Positions 22,601 to 35,433 of a DNA stretch of 64,000 nt are shown in pieces (position 1 is the stretch's first letter; each line of letters starts with the position of its first letter). Source of the stretch: Orbicella franksi. Taxonomy: Eukaryota. The translations under genes were made by a program, and so were the position numbers. Below the pieces are notes generated by a model. It was not told where the DNA came from and searched no databases. It worked only from the letters and a program-made list of their open reading frames with translations. Where the stretch lies: NCBI GenBank assembly GCA_964199315.1, contig OZ116705.1, positions 27,280,001 to 27,344,000 of the forward strand, given 5' to 3'.

Positions 22601-23554
22601 CGACATCCCTCACCAGGGAGGGAGTAAACTGACTAGGGAATGTTTCAGAATTCTCTAGGATATGGAGGTCTCCATATGACCCGGGCAGGCCAGTCCTGTT
22701 AAAAGGAGGTGGTTTGTGCGTCTTGAACAATTTAGCCTAAATGTTTTAAGTTCGTCGTTTGTAATCCTTGTTAATCTTCTCCATCCTTAACCATCCTTGT
22801 TTCTTTACAGTTTATTATTATCTCTTTGGAGTTTTTCTATCTCAGTAAACTACTATTTTCAGGTTTCCTTCAATTTAAAGGTAATTTTGTCCGTGGCCAA
22901 AATAACTCAAAATACCGTGATTGAGCTTCTTTAATCGCTATGTGTCACTGATATTCTTCCAGGACTATCGACGGCTTAATAGGCGACTACTTGTCTCTCC
23001 GTCACATCGCCAGCACAGACAAGGACTGCAATTTCATTTTGATTAAAGAACACTCTCTCAAGTCAGGCTACGGTTTTGCCGTCTCTAAACATGGCATGCC
23101 ATGGCTGCAAGAGATTTCCCTCTCGGTCTTAAAGCACCAGGAAAACAGCACTGTGAAGTCGATCGAGGAGCGATGGTTTCCCAAACAGACCTGTGGAAGA
23201 AATGAGCACCGACCTCTGAAAGCCATCGACTTTGCTGGCCTCTTCTGGGTTCTTGTCGGAGTGGCCGCTTTTTCGTTGCTGGCCCTTCTTGTAGAAAGCC
23301 TGTTGGTGTTTACCTTGATCAAATGCGGTAAGTGCCTGGGACCGTTTGGAAGGCTTTTGAAAAGATTCTTGTTTGATGTGAAGAAAGGTGAAGAGGATTA
23401 CTTCACCTTGCAGTATCGTCCAGCTGGGCTAATGGCGAGAAGCTGGACAGTTGAAACGACCAATGAGGATACCACACAAGAGCAAACAAGTTACGAGAAC
23501 CAGGGCTTTGTCGATATCGGTGAACTGGAAAGAAAAATCGCTTCCTTGCGATAG
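16696..23554 (+). CDS. NMDA-type ionotropic glutamate receptor-like subunit, copy 1, 936 aa; exons 16696-17130, 18237-18844, 19366-20003, 20245-20412, 21187-21389, 22081-22247, 22963-23554
   Basis: All introns are GT-AG and the phases give 2811 nt in frame. It has a signal peptide and ATD, S1 (TPDGKYG..GKWNGIVQELISGRA), M1 (LHPFSTVLW..LDRKSPQGY), pore loop (VAFGK), M3 SYCANLMAF, S2 (GSNEEDYF, IGD, SGYGFAV, W..EISLSVL) and M4 (DFAGLFWVL). Confidence 0.92.
20652..20843. mobile_element. Mutator-like MITE in iGluR intron 4 (copy 2 at 47369-47560)
   Basis: ccgctaaga|tagactatgagtagt...actactcgtagtcta|ccgctaaga: TIRs and a perfect 9-bp TSD. Confidence 0.8.
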
Positions 23555-24353
23555 CCTTTCGGAGCGGCTTAAGACCTCATTTAAACGGTCTCGGTTCCCC
23601 CGCGTCTTATTGAGAGAATTGGCCGTTAAGATAGTTTACACCCAAAAAAGCGCCATTAGTAACTACTTTAGATGTAACAATTTATTAAAAACCTCTTGCA
23701 GAGTGAAAACTGACTTAATGTGGACTGATACTTCGTAACGGCCCACGTTACAAAAATTTCCTAAATACACAGTCAATATCTTGCTGCAATGTTGTATCTA
23801 AGTTATTTATTAAAACTTTTTTATGTATACTTTCTGATATTAAACTGCATTCACCGCCTTACAAATTGACTGTTATTCATTTTTCTTTATTTGTGAAATA
23901 TTAAAAATTAAACCAGTCATAAAAAAAAAAACAGCACAAGAACGGCTGGCATGATTCAAATGGGAGCTGAATATCTCGCTTTTGTTATGTATACCAGCCA
24001 GCACTTATTCTCGTGTTCTGTCAGTTGTGATTTCGAGTTATTTCAACATGAACAATTTCATGGTTGCCACCGACATCATTTTTCCAAATACCCTGACTCT
24101 TACAGCCTTCCTATTCGTGGGGGGCGGGAGGGTTTTTTTTTGCTTGCCCTCCCAGCTTTTCTTCCTTCTCCTCCCTTCTTTTTTTTAGGGAAAATGCATC
24201 TTGCATTGGGTATGTTTCTTGGAAGAAGCTACTTTTTTATCATTATCAATAAGACCATTAACTAAAGCTCTTCATAACTTATGTTTTAGGGCAACTGTGC
24301 CACCCACAACGTTAATAAATAGGGTATCGATTTTTTACCCAGGCCATAAATAG

Positions 24354-24664
24354 AAAAGGTGAAGCCTTGGAACCGACTGGCTTATAGTTGCCGTAGCCCC
24401 TCCCTTTTTTTTTAGCATGAAGCGGCTAGGAGTGTTTCTACTCCCCCTGGACGGGATGCTAGTCCATCGCAGGTCACTTCCCCGCAATTTGTTAGCTTTC
24501 CCCAACAATTCGCCGGTACTCATTTATACTGCTGGGTGGAGAGAGGCACTGTAAAAGCTAAGTGTCTTGCCAAAGAACACGACACAGTGTCCCCGGCCAG
24601 GGCTCGAACCCGGATCGCTCGATCCGGGGATGCACGCACTAACCACGAGGTCACCGCGCCTCCA
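24354..24664 (-). mobile_element. tRNA-derived SINE with a CORE-like central domain
   Basis: On the minus strand it has an A box (tgacctcgtgg), a B box (ggttcgagccc) and a central ggcaagacactt..gtgcctctctccaccc segment. The 15-bp TSD is ccagg(c/t)cataaatag. It is nested in an older ggtcataaatagggt repeat. Confidence 0.85.
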
Positions 24665-24858
24665 CCAGGTCATAAATAGGGTACAGCAAAAATCGCAGAT
24701 TTTGGTCATAAATAGGGCAAGAGTTTTGGGAAGTGGGCCGCACATCCCCACCCAACTTTTCTGGGAGTATCTCCCCTCCCGGGTCATAAACTATCCGCTA
24801 AAAAGTTATGCTTTGCTTTTGTCAAGTTATTCAATGATGTCTTCTCCATTCTGTTTAC

Positions 24859-27441
24859 CTTAAATGAGACGCTTCCATTTGTCAGCAAGTATTGTCCATT
24901 TGGTAACGTCTCGTCAGCTTTCTTTTGAGCATCACTACATGAAAACGCATCTGAAAGATAATTAAAAAGACAAAGAATTTGACGATGTTATAAAATACAT
25001 GTTGTTTTGAAATAATTATAGTTTTCACAAGCAGTGCTTAAATTTTAGCAAAAAGAATCGAAAGTGACATACATCAGACAAAAAATAGACAAGTATATGT
25101 TTGATGGGGAGCTGAGCAAATTAACAAACATATTCCCGTCTAAGAAAAATAAAGCGCCATCAAAAAATCAAGCAACCAGCCACAAGAAAGAGACATAGCG
25201 TCTTAGGAAGCCGAGAACATTCTGATCTGTTCTGAAGCTTTTTCACTCCATTTCGGAATATAACATTCACTTAGCTATAACGTCTCATTTCAATTTAACA
25301 AATAGATTCCTCGTTGCCATGCATCTGTTAAGTAATAGATCATAGATGACGTCAAAATGTGGAAAGAACAAGTAGATGGCTCACGAGGCGTTAGCCGAGT
25401 GCGTCATTCATGTTATCTATGGGTCATCTATGCGTCTATGCGTCTGTCCTCTAATAGATCATTGGTGAAAACCAATCAAAATGCGAGAATAGTTCGGTTT
25501 ATTATGTAAAATCGTATGAAGAATTCGCAACGTTATCAACAATTAGTGCTTGTCTACAGCTTTCTATAGCTGTATGGCTAGACAGTCTGGTCTACAAGAC
25601 GCTGTTTTTTCGTTAAAAAACCTGAACTGAACACTCTTCGTGTTGCAATCTTTGTTGTGGCATTTGTCTATATTTTGCAATTAGCAAACGCAGGGCAAGT
25701 TTTTAATATGTTGATCAATTAGTGTTTATATCAATTAACACTTGAAACTGTTTACAACTCGCCTGTACCAATATAAATAAAACTTACCATTATCTTTAAT
25801 TATTTCTGACTTGATAATGATGTCAAGATGACATCGAAATTTCGTTTCATTAAATTTCTAGCGTTGATATTCGTTGAGAAATGTATTACTTAGTTTTCAC
25901 TTATTAAAATAAAACAGAGCAGATATGTTAATGATTAATTTGGTTTTTGTGGCAAAAGTTGAATGTGGTTTACCTTTTCCCGCTCACAGAAGCTGCCCAT
26001 ACATTTGTTCTTTTATATTTTACGCAACTATTAGACACTTAACTTCTTGCTCGTTGACGCTTGTTGAGTAATGCCACCTTAACAATCGTTCTACCTCATA
26101 ACGAAGCGCGCGAAGTCTAAGAATAGAATGCAAATTATTGGAACCCCGCGAGAGTTAGACAACATTAGCGTGTTCTGAGAGTAACAGGAGGAAAATGAAC
26201 GCCAAATTTTCGTTATAAAAATTGTTTTAGGAACACTTGCTTACGCGCTTGAAAAAGCGTCAAATCTTCCACCATTCCGTTTTGTTTGTCTCAGTTTGTC
26301 TGAGTTATGACGTCACTCGCGCGCTTCGCTATCAATCGACACTATCGATCTGCTTTCGAAAAGCAAACGGCATCTTATTTTAGAGAGACTAACTAGATGT
26401 GAAAATCGTTTGACAGGGTGTGATGTACAAATATAAATTTATTTAACAATACAACACTGCAGTTCTTGAAACTTTTCTTACCAAGTTTTGCACAATTTTC
26501 CCCAATCCAAGGCAGTTTACACGAACATGAAAATGTTTGTTTCTTGTCGTCTGCTATACAAGAACCACCGTTGAAGCAACCTGGAGATGTAGGACTTTGA
26601 CAACCCTGTAAAGTGTTTGAATTACAATAAAGACAGTTCAGAGCTCAGGATGGTTGAAGAGATTTGCTAAAACAAATTTTAGTCAGCTAGCAAGTCTGAG
26701 GGCAGAAGCTAGATGACTGACACTTCAGGCTAGCACGATATTGGTTATATGAACCTTATTTACTTTGTTCTTTGATAGGTTTCTTTTCCTATACACCTGT
26801 TTATCGGGAGCGTCAGTTTTTGTAAACACAACTGTTTTAAGAAAGGTTTATTTCGACGAATAGAATGTGCCGGACAGTATTCCTTTGACCCTATTTTGGG
26901 ATAAAAAAAGACTGAATTTGACCCAGTCCTTGATGACAGTTCCAGCCTTGGAAAATATTAGTGTATTCGTTCCCATATTACAGTGATCAAAGATGTATAT
27001 CTTCACTTGTTCTGGGGCCAACAGGCACGTTTAATCGAACGGCAAATCCAGGTCCTAAATATTTTTGTGAACGATTAGAACTAATGGCTAATTGCTAATA
27101 ACCTTTAAAAGCAAAGAAAAAGTCACTCCTTGCTGATCATGAAACTTGGTGTTTTCTTCAATGGCCCCATGCTTGTTCAGTTCGCAAGTGGATTTCTCGG
27201 TTTCCTCGGATGCTATCTTGAAATTGGTTGAAGTACACCACGAATTTCTCAGGCAAGACCGGCTGCATGAGGTCAGGCTGGGACACTCAAACCTTTTGAC
27301 AACATGTCCCTGAAGTCGCTTATCTTGCCGCATCGTGAAGAATACTGAACGAGAAAGTTTGGAATCTTCTTCAGCAGCGTAAACAATGGCATTCACCATT
27401 CCTTGAAACAGAACAAAGAACAAAACGGTTTTAGCGTCCAT
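24859..27441 (-). CDS. Paralog A copy 2, 3'-truncated: exons 27103-27441 (SP+PAN), 26482-26605 (EGF), 24859-24950 (start of fibrinogen-like domain); no terminal exon before the duplication junction
   Basis: The phases are compatible (0, 1, 0). The 92-bp exon 3 reads (D)AFSCSDAQKKADETLPNGQYLLTNGSVSFK|gtaaac and is homologous to exon 3 of paralog B. No VYCHM-type exon is seen between 24187 and 24858. Confidence 0.8.
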
Positions 27442-28729
27442 TACCTTAAAACAGAATTCAAAGCGGAAAGGAAAGGTGGACTATTCAAACTTTGAAAGTT
27501 TATTGCAAGGAGTGGTTTTGCTTTGCTGTTTTATTTATGTAGTGAAATACAAAGTAGCAACGATTGGCTTATTCTCCTAAATATACTACTTAAAGATGTT
27601 TGATTAGTTGTCCCGCTGTGAGATATCGGCCTGCAGAAATCGCAAGGTTTGGGGAAACCGTTAAGAGTTCGTATAAACTGCGTGGGTCACTCGCTCGAAG
27701 ATATCCAGGTGGCAGTGGTAAAGACAGATTTGCCTCAGAGAGACTTGAGACAACGGGAGGAGATGCAAGACATCTTTAGATACCACACACTTATTCCTTT
27801 CGGAATCAACGGTGACGTTGGTTATGTTATCTTATGGCGCACGCATCCTCGCACACCAAGTTAGTTTGCATACGAAAGCAAATAATAAGCTGAATCTGGA
27901 GTAACAGTGAAACGTAAGACAATTGATGATAGTTTAGCTGTCAGCGGATATTTCCACTGCACTCAGCCTGTTGAAAACTGTCTGGTTACTTGTACTTTAT
28001 CCAATTTTTTATCTCATCGAACCGAATCTCAGCAACTCCAAAACGTCGGACTTAGCACCAACGCATCGAAGAACGCAAGTCGTCTGCCATTTAGAAACCT
28101 TTTAAAACAGAAGTATATCGCCGAGATCTACCGAGCTTGCAAGTAAATTTTCAATCGCAAAGAGATGCAAAGAAAAGCTATATTGTCTAATCTATGAGAC
28201 GCTGTTTATTCGTTAACTGGTCACCCAATAAAACTATATTCGTGTAAAAGTCGGTAGAAAATCGAAGGGGCGCTTATTAATAAAAACACATTCTAAAGGG
28301 GGAGGGGGGACGCTTATTGCATGGATCATTACGGTAGAAAAAGCTGTGGACTAGGATAACTCTTTTTTTATAACGTTGGGAATTCTATCATACAAAAGAA
28401 TGTAATATAAAACCACAATGTCTTCTTAGGGATGGAAATTATATTTTTGACGGGGAGAGGCAAGCAACTTTTAAGACCTTATTATATATATTTTTTTTTT
28501 TGGCATGATTTTTTTTTCTTTTTTTCGCTTTTTCGCCATGTTTCTTTCTGGCTGGCTGGTTTTGTGCGAGTATGTGTTCTGTCGCTTTTTCTTGTACAGG
28601 ATCGGAATTACTTTGGTAATTGCCCAGCTCCCCTGAAATTTAAGCACTACTTGTGAAAACTATAATAATTTCAAAACAACATGCATTTGATAAGACCGTC
28701 AAATCTTTGCGTTTTTTGTTATCTTTCAG

Positions 28730-28821
28730 ATACTTTTTCATGTGATGAGACTCAAAAGGAAACAAATGAGACGTTTCTAAATGGGCAACATTTGCTAACA
28801 AATAGAAGCGTGTCATTTAAT
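28730..28821 (+). pseudogene. Orphan exon 3, copy 2
   Basis: Same 92-bp exon with intact splice sites; Y changed to H in GQYLL. Confidence 0.8.
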
Positions 28822-30166
28822 GTAAGCAATGTGGAGAAGACATCACTGGCTAACTAGATGAAAGAGAAGCAAGAAAAACCTGACAAAGGCACGATTTTGT
28901 AGCTGATAATTTATGACCCTCTTCTCCGAAAAATGTTTAAGGAATACTAAACTCGCTCCTCTCACATTTAGAATGTTCACAGTCTGTCTATTTTTCAACG
29001 CACGGAAAAGAAAAGGCGAATCATAAGCTAGCGCGAAACATGCAGGGATGGGGGTGGGGAGGCGAGCAAAACGAGCCGAGCCCCTATCCTGTCAAGTCTC
29101 CCCTTTTGCGCTGGCGTCCAGTTCTCTGGCGTTTCTACCCACGCGTTCAACGATCAAATAAAAATAGGAGAAAATAGAAGGTTGAGAACAGTCTACGCTC
29201 ATTAGGTGTACTGTCACGTGTCAGATGATGGCAACGGATAGACTCTGGTCAGCCGTTAAAACAGCTTTGTTAATCCGGTTATCAACGGACCACAAAAATT
29301 TGGCCGTCTCAACGGCGTGGCCGTATGAAACGGGCTCTTTAAAAGAGAAAATGAATAAAGTGGCAAGAATAAAGTGGCCGTAATTACGATATTTTAAAGG
29401 AGTCTTAGAAACTCCATTATTTCTGAAATTTATATCGCCGTTATCAATCGAAAACTGATCAAAACTCCACTAGATTTTCTTTACACTCAGTCCACTGGCC
29501 TTGTGTTATCATTTTGAAGCGTTCTCCTCTTTATCGGAACCCCCAAAATAAGGTAAATATTTACGTTTTAAAATAGCCCTTATGTACATTACGTCTGCAC
29601 ATTACGTTATCCTGTTTCATTCACGAACATTAACAAAATACACGAGTCACAATTACTTTAAGCCACTTTATACGATGGCTTTTTTTCTCATGAATTGACC
29701 AATCTCGTAATAATAGCCGTGCGCTTTGCCAAAGGACAAACGGCTCAGCTTATAGAAGACCCCTAAGCGTAAAAAAGAGGTAGGGAAGCTCGCTAACGGT
29801 GTTAATTGCAGATTTGCCGTATAACGTAGAATGTCCAGGACAGAACGCCAGTGTTTTCACACAAAGGACAAATTAATCCCTTTCAATACCCAACAACAGA
29901 ATGATGAGATAACTACAGAACTGAGAGATCACGCCTAGGCTTAAATCTCGAAGTATCTTTTATTCCAAATGAGTCAACACTTCAATAACTAAATGTAAAC
30001 GTGCACAATGCCAAAATACAAAAAGGCTTGAAAATACGGAAATATAGGAGAAAAACCGGCGTTCAGACAAACACATATTATGTGATTCTTTCAATATACA
30101 GAACAGCAAAAATTACGCCATGTTCTCAATATATGAATACTACTTTCATATGCAAAATAACATTAA

Positions 30167-33006
30167 CACTCATATAGAACCTCTTTCTCGCCGATGTTCA
30201 GCGGCGAGGTAATTCTGTCTGTCTAGTAAAAGGACCAAAATCTCGCCGATGTTCAGCAGCGAGGTAGTTCTGTCCGTATAATAAAGCAACCAAAATCTCG
30301 CCGATGTTCAGCGGCGAGGTAATTCTGTCTGTATAGTAAAAGAACCAAAATCTCGCCGATGTTCAGCAGCGAGGTAGTTCTGTCTGTATAGTAAAAGAAC
30401 CAAAATCTCGCCGATGTTCAGCGGCGAGGTAGTTCTCTCTGTATAAGGGACGGAAATCTCGATGATGATGACGATGATGATGATCGTCGGCTAGATTAAT
30501 GATCCTCAGCGAGATGAATGCAGAAGTACTCTAAAGCAATTCTAAACATATTTCTGTTGCTTTTGCGATCACATAGTTTAAGACGCGGATGCTGTGTGTT
30601 TATATTCCGGACGGTAATTTTTAAATTTTGGAAATCACTTATTATCGGAACTTGAAGTCTAGTAGCTGTATTTTGTAAAAAAATATCCCGTTGCGTTTGC
30701 ATACGTTGCTTTCATGATGTTTTCCTATCCTACGTACCCTTGCCACTTTTGCCAATCTCACAACAATTAATCTCTCTGTGTAGTTCGAGTACTTGCTGTT
30801 CTTACAGTTTGAGTGCCAAAAAAGTGATATTTCCCTTTATGATTTAATTTAATCAAAAAACGAAGGTATATGGATCTAGTGTTCTATCTTTAATCTCTGA
30901 AGTTTGCATAGGTTTTGGCCTCTAGAACTGCACAATTCCATTAAACTTTTTATTAAGCGAATAGTACGCATACTCCATCAGTTATTAATCAAACAGTCGC
31001 ACGTCCTTCTCTTCTACAGACTGCAGCCATTCCTGGTCACCGTCTTCAAAATTAACTATATAGCCCTTGGATCTGTTCCATGCCGCGATGGTGCCCTTTA
31101 TCCAGCCGAGATATTCAGTGGAGCCATCCAAATTGACTCGGTTGTATTCTACCTCAAGTCTTGCTCCAATAAGGGCATTACCTGTGGAATAAAGTACATG
31201 AATGACTCCCACTACATGACATCCTCTTCAGTCATAGTTAATTTCTCTTGTAATCAAAATGAAAACAAAAACGGGCTTTTTTCTTTTATGATATAAGCTT
31301 GCAACAATGGAATCAGTCAAAGATCATTGACCAAAATTATTTTGTACCTTGTCTCTTTTTACCATGCTTTCCGTAGTTGCAGGCACGTTGCAACTGGCGC
31401 CTTTTATCTGGTGGACCTAAAAGATTTTAACGAGTTGTTAACTATATATAGTACGGGGAAATGAGTTTAGGTAGAGCCCTGTTCGTTTTCTACCCTTTCA
31501 ATTGTTTAGGATGACTTCAAACATTGACTACATCTATAATAGTTATAGTAGCACTGCGCCTAACTTGTCCTCTACTGCATTAGCTTAATTATCAAAGAAT
31601 CTGAGTATTGCTGCTGCCTTGAGTAGACAGGACGCAGGCCTTGCGCCAGGGGCGCTTAACATGTTATTTTGAATATAGGTTGAAAATTTCCTTACTGAGG
31701 GGAATGGAATTGAAAGCTGCTGTAGTATTTTCATCGAATGTTGGGAAGGCTTGGGTGAAAACAAAATAATCGTCGCTAGCAATTGTATAAAGCAAATGGT
31801 GTTCAAAACACCGATTGTTACGGTGAAATCTAGAAAGGCGATACTTCGAAGGTAATAGGTGCCATTTCCCAAAGCCCTTGAACAAAGATGCGGGCCAGGT
31901 CCCGCACCCGTACCACTAGAATGAGCTTCACATGTGATAACAATAATGCATGGTCTCACATTATCCGTCAATATTATCATCTCGAAAATCTTTTAGGAAA
32001 ATACTAGGGTCGAGGAATTTAAGAAGGCTCGACAATTGACTGAATCCCAATTGATATCACTAAAAACTTTTAATTTTTGGAGAATTCCCTACCGTCTTCT
32101 TTAGGAACATGAAATCTTCGTTTCCTTCTGCGATTATCGTTTCGCCTCCCTCTTGCTTCTTCAGAGTTGTCACGATAAGACAGCGAAACATTCTTTCCTG
32201 CTGCTACAACTTTGGCTGCCTGCACTCTGTCTTCTCGATATATGTTCTCCAGCAAGGGTTCGAGACTGTTTCCTTTTTCTGGAATTAACTGCTTATTAAT
32301 ACTTTCTACCGGTTTGTTTGTGTTTGGTCCTTTCTCCAGGTTTCCTCAAAGAGTAAAGTGTAGGCTTTTGTAAACATTCCTAGACACAGTGGTAATGACG
32401 TAAACAAAAATGCACAAATCGTTTTAAAAATGTCCTAACAATCCGAATTAATTTCATTACATTTTTAATTGTCAGGTAAATTCATAGTACTCGCGACCAC
32501 TTTTGAGTTAGTTTAAGTTTAAGTTTAATAATACTTTGTCATGAAAAACAAAAAGTACATGACTGGAGAATAATTGGGGGAAACTAAATTGCCATACAAA
32601 GAATATTCTCCGATATTAAACATTCTAAAAAAATTAAGAAATAAAACTGTAAATTTGAGTGGGGCCCAAAACTAGCCTAATTAAATTGCATACTAAGATT
32701 GACACTAAAAATTATGAAATAAGATTTAAATACGGCCCAAAGCTAACCTAATTAAATTGCATACATGTCACTCACGAGATACACCTGATCTAAAATTGAC
32801 ACAAATGATCATCGGCGAGACTTTGGTTCCTTTATTATACAGACAGAACTACCTCGCCGCTGAACATCGGCGAGATTTTGGCTCCTTTATTATACAGACA
32901 GAACTACCTCGCCGCTGAACATCGGCGAGATTTTGGTTGCTTTATTATACAGACAGAATTACCTCGCCGCTGATCATCGGCGAGATTTTCGTTCGGTATA
33001 TAAGTG
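30167..33006. mobile_element. CACT-ended DNA transposon, copy 2
   Basis: Left end CACTCATATAGAAC, right end ...ggtatataagtg, AA flanks. It is 111 bp longer than copy 1, essentially through two extra repeat units. Confidence 0.6.
30985..31416 (-). CDS. Tudor/Agenet-like exons, copy 2 (31363-31416, 30985-31181)
   Basis: Same splice sites, frame intact, two amino-acid changes (A>V, K>E). Confidence 0.6.
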
Positions 33007-35433
33007 AAATTAAATTATCACATATTCCAAAATTTACATAAAATAGTTTCAATCTATATATTTAAACATTCACATAATATGCGAATATATGTAAACCCGA
33101 GAAAAACTTCTAGAAAACAAAATGTGAAAATTTTTAAAAGGACATGCTAAAAAGCAATTGTGTTATCACAGTTTCCCTCGGTTTCAGAATTATTTCAAAA
33201 TGGGGGGAACATATTGTTTGGAAATACGTGCAGATGCTTTATTAGGAAATGTTAAAAGTAATGTTTGAATTTACGACAGGTATCGGAAATTGCGACAATT
33301 CAGTCCTACAATTCACGACATAAGTGTCTAGTACTGTCAGAAAAAAAATTACGAGCAGAAGTTTGATGTCAAGCTTGCCTTTCTAAACAGCAGGTTTTAC
33401 ACGAAAGCCAGGCGTTACGCTTAAAATCTGCTGCATTTTGATGCCATCGTCCTGGAATTGCCTCCAATCCCAAAAGCCAAATTTCGGGAATGACTTATTT
33501 TATGGTTAAGATGCAGTTCGTTATCTCTTAGCTTAAGTTAGGGTTGTTATACCGCGGTTAAGTTATGTTATAGCAAGCAAAATGGTTCCAAAACATACGC
33601 ACAACAGCTATTTCGCGTACCGGATCTCAGGGAATAACATGACTGCAATTTCTTAGTTTGGGAGTCGTTGTTAAGGTATCAGTATACCGTACCCCAAAAT
33701 TGACCATTTTTCAAAGAAATTGTTTTTCGCTCTTTCAGATAGATCTTTTTATGGTCTTTAATTTTAAAAAAAAATTCTACGAAAAAAAATATTAATTCTA
33801 TGCAAAGTTACAAACGAAAAACGTTTCTTTTCGTTAATTATCTCTAATTGATAGCTGTCAACGGGTTGTCACAAGAAGTATATGCAAACTTGCAATTGCC
33901 GTCTATGAACCAACCGTTTGTGTTCGGTATGGTCGACGTGCTGGTCTGGGTGCCCGGGTCTGGGTGCTCTCTGTTTGTAGATTGTTGATTTAACCTTAAA
34001 TATGTCGTCGAAGAAACACAAAAGTTCGTGCCATTTGCAAGCTCGAAGAAAGCACCACGGAGAAAAAGGTCGGGGGAAAAGGTTTGAAAAACATTCGATC
34101 AGAATTGGGCTGATGCGTTAGCTGCTAGCGACAAAGGTTGCTTGCACTGGACGTGGAAGATGTTTGACATTTTCTACGCATTACTTTCTTGGTGCTTTCG
34201 CCGTTCAAAGCGGTAACATTAATAAACCCATTTCAACTTAATCGGTGTCTCGTGGGTTTCCTTCAAGTTGTTTACGAGTTTACGTTTTAAAAATCGAAAG
34301 CAAGAAACAGGAGCCAAAATTATTCGTTTTTTTATTTTAATGAATACACCCCCGTAATTAACAATTCCTAAGCTTTCAGAAAATGTATACTTTACTGGGG
34401 TTTGGGTAAAACATCCGACCGTAATGCGGCGTCAACGAATTATGGTCATTTGGGGTATACTGATAGTTACCTCAAAGGAGCTCAGTCACGGTGTTTTGAG
34501 TTATTTCGGCCACGTACAAAATCAGCTTAAAATTGAAAGAAACCTGAGAAAAGTAGTCTACTAAGATAAAAAAAAAACCAAAGAGATAAAAATCACCCAT
34601 AAAGAAACAAGTTTGGTTAAGGATGGAGAAGATTAACACAGATTACGAACGACACTCTTGAAAGATTTAGCGTAAACTTTTAGAGGCTCCTCCTTTACGC
34701 TTTAGTGTAGTGTATGGTGTTTTGAATCGGCTATTGTGCATCGCTACACGAGAACATTACCAACCTTTCAATCTGGCTCTGCTGTTTGCCAGTCGAGGTT
34801 TGTTTCATTTTGAATGTAATAACGTCAGCATGTTTAATTAGTTACAATGTAAACAATGTTGAAATTCTCTCGTTTACGGTTATCTAGCCCTTACAACTAC
34901 GCGACATCTGTTTTAATAAAGTTGCTGACATTTTACCACAATTTGCCATCTGGCTTATAAAAGAAATTGCTCATATTTTGAATCGAAATGTACAAATACC
35001 CTGTGCTTTTACTGTCGATCTGTACACAGGGATCCAAAGCTCCAGCTGTGAGCGACTAAGACTGTCTGGGAATATTTATGATCGTTTTTAGGGATACTAA
35101 AAAGATAAAAATACCTTATGCTACCTCCACAGTACATTGCTTGTTGTCTGTTCGCTTTTCCAGCTTATTTGAAGCGATTTTGGTGAGTTATCGTTCCCTG
35201 GATTAAGAAATTGTTTCGCTGCAAAGTTGCTTCCAATCAGCAGAAAAAGCAAACAGACAACGTAACTGTCAAACCGACAACTTATTAGCAGCCTGACCTC
35301 TAACAGATCTAGAAATCAACCAATCAGGTCTTCTTATTACACTACACGACGGTGGTAGCCATAGAAACACCATTACATTTATAAATGTGAAGTTTTTGGA
35401 ACAACTTCCCTTTCCAAGACGACTTACCAAGCA

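Larger units (their letters stand above)
1..24186. repeat. Tandem segmental duplication, copy 1 (left end lies upstream of the window)
   Basis: Base 1 (tttagcaaaaagaatcgaaag) recurs at 25044. The ORF track repeats with offsets of 25258, 25378 and 26717. Homology ends in a poly-T tract near 24186, matching ~50960. Confidence 0.95.

Noticed and set aside
14363-23554. Non-ATG starts (GTG/TTG) given by the ORF track
   Set aside because: These are internal exons of spliced genes, not start codons.
24354-24664. tRNA gene
   Set aside because: Only the A/B-box head is tRNA-like; the TSD and body identify a SINE (the same applies to 63018-63319).
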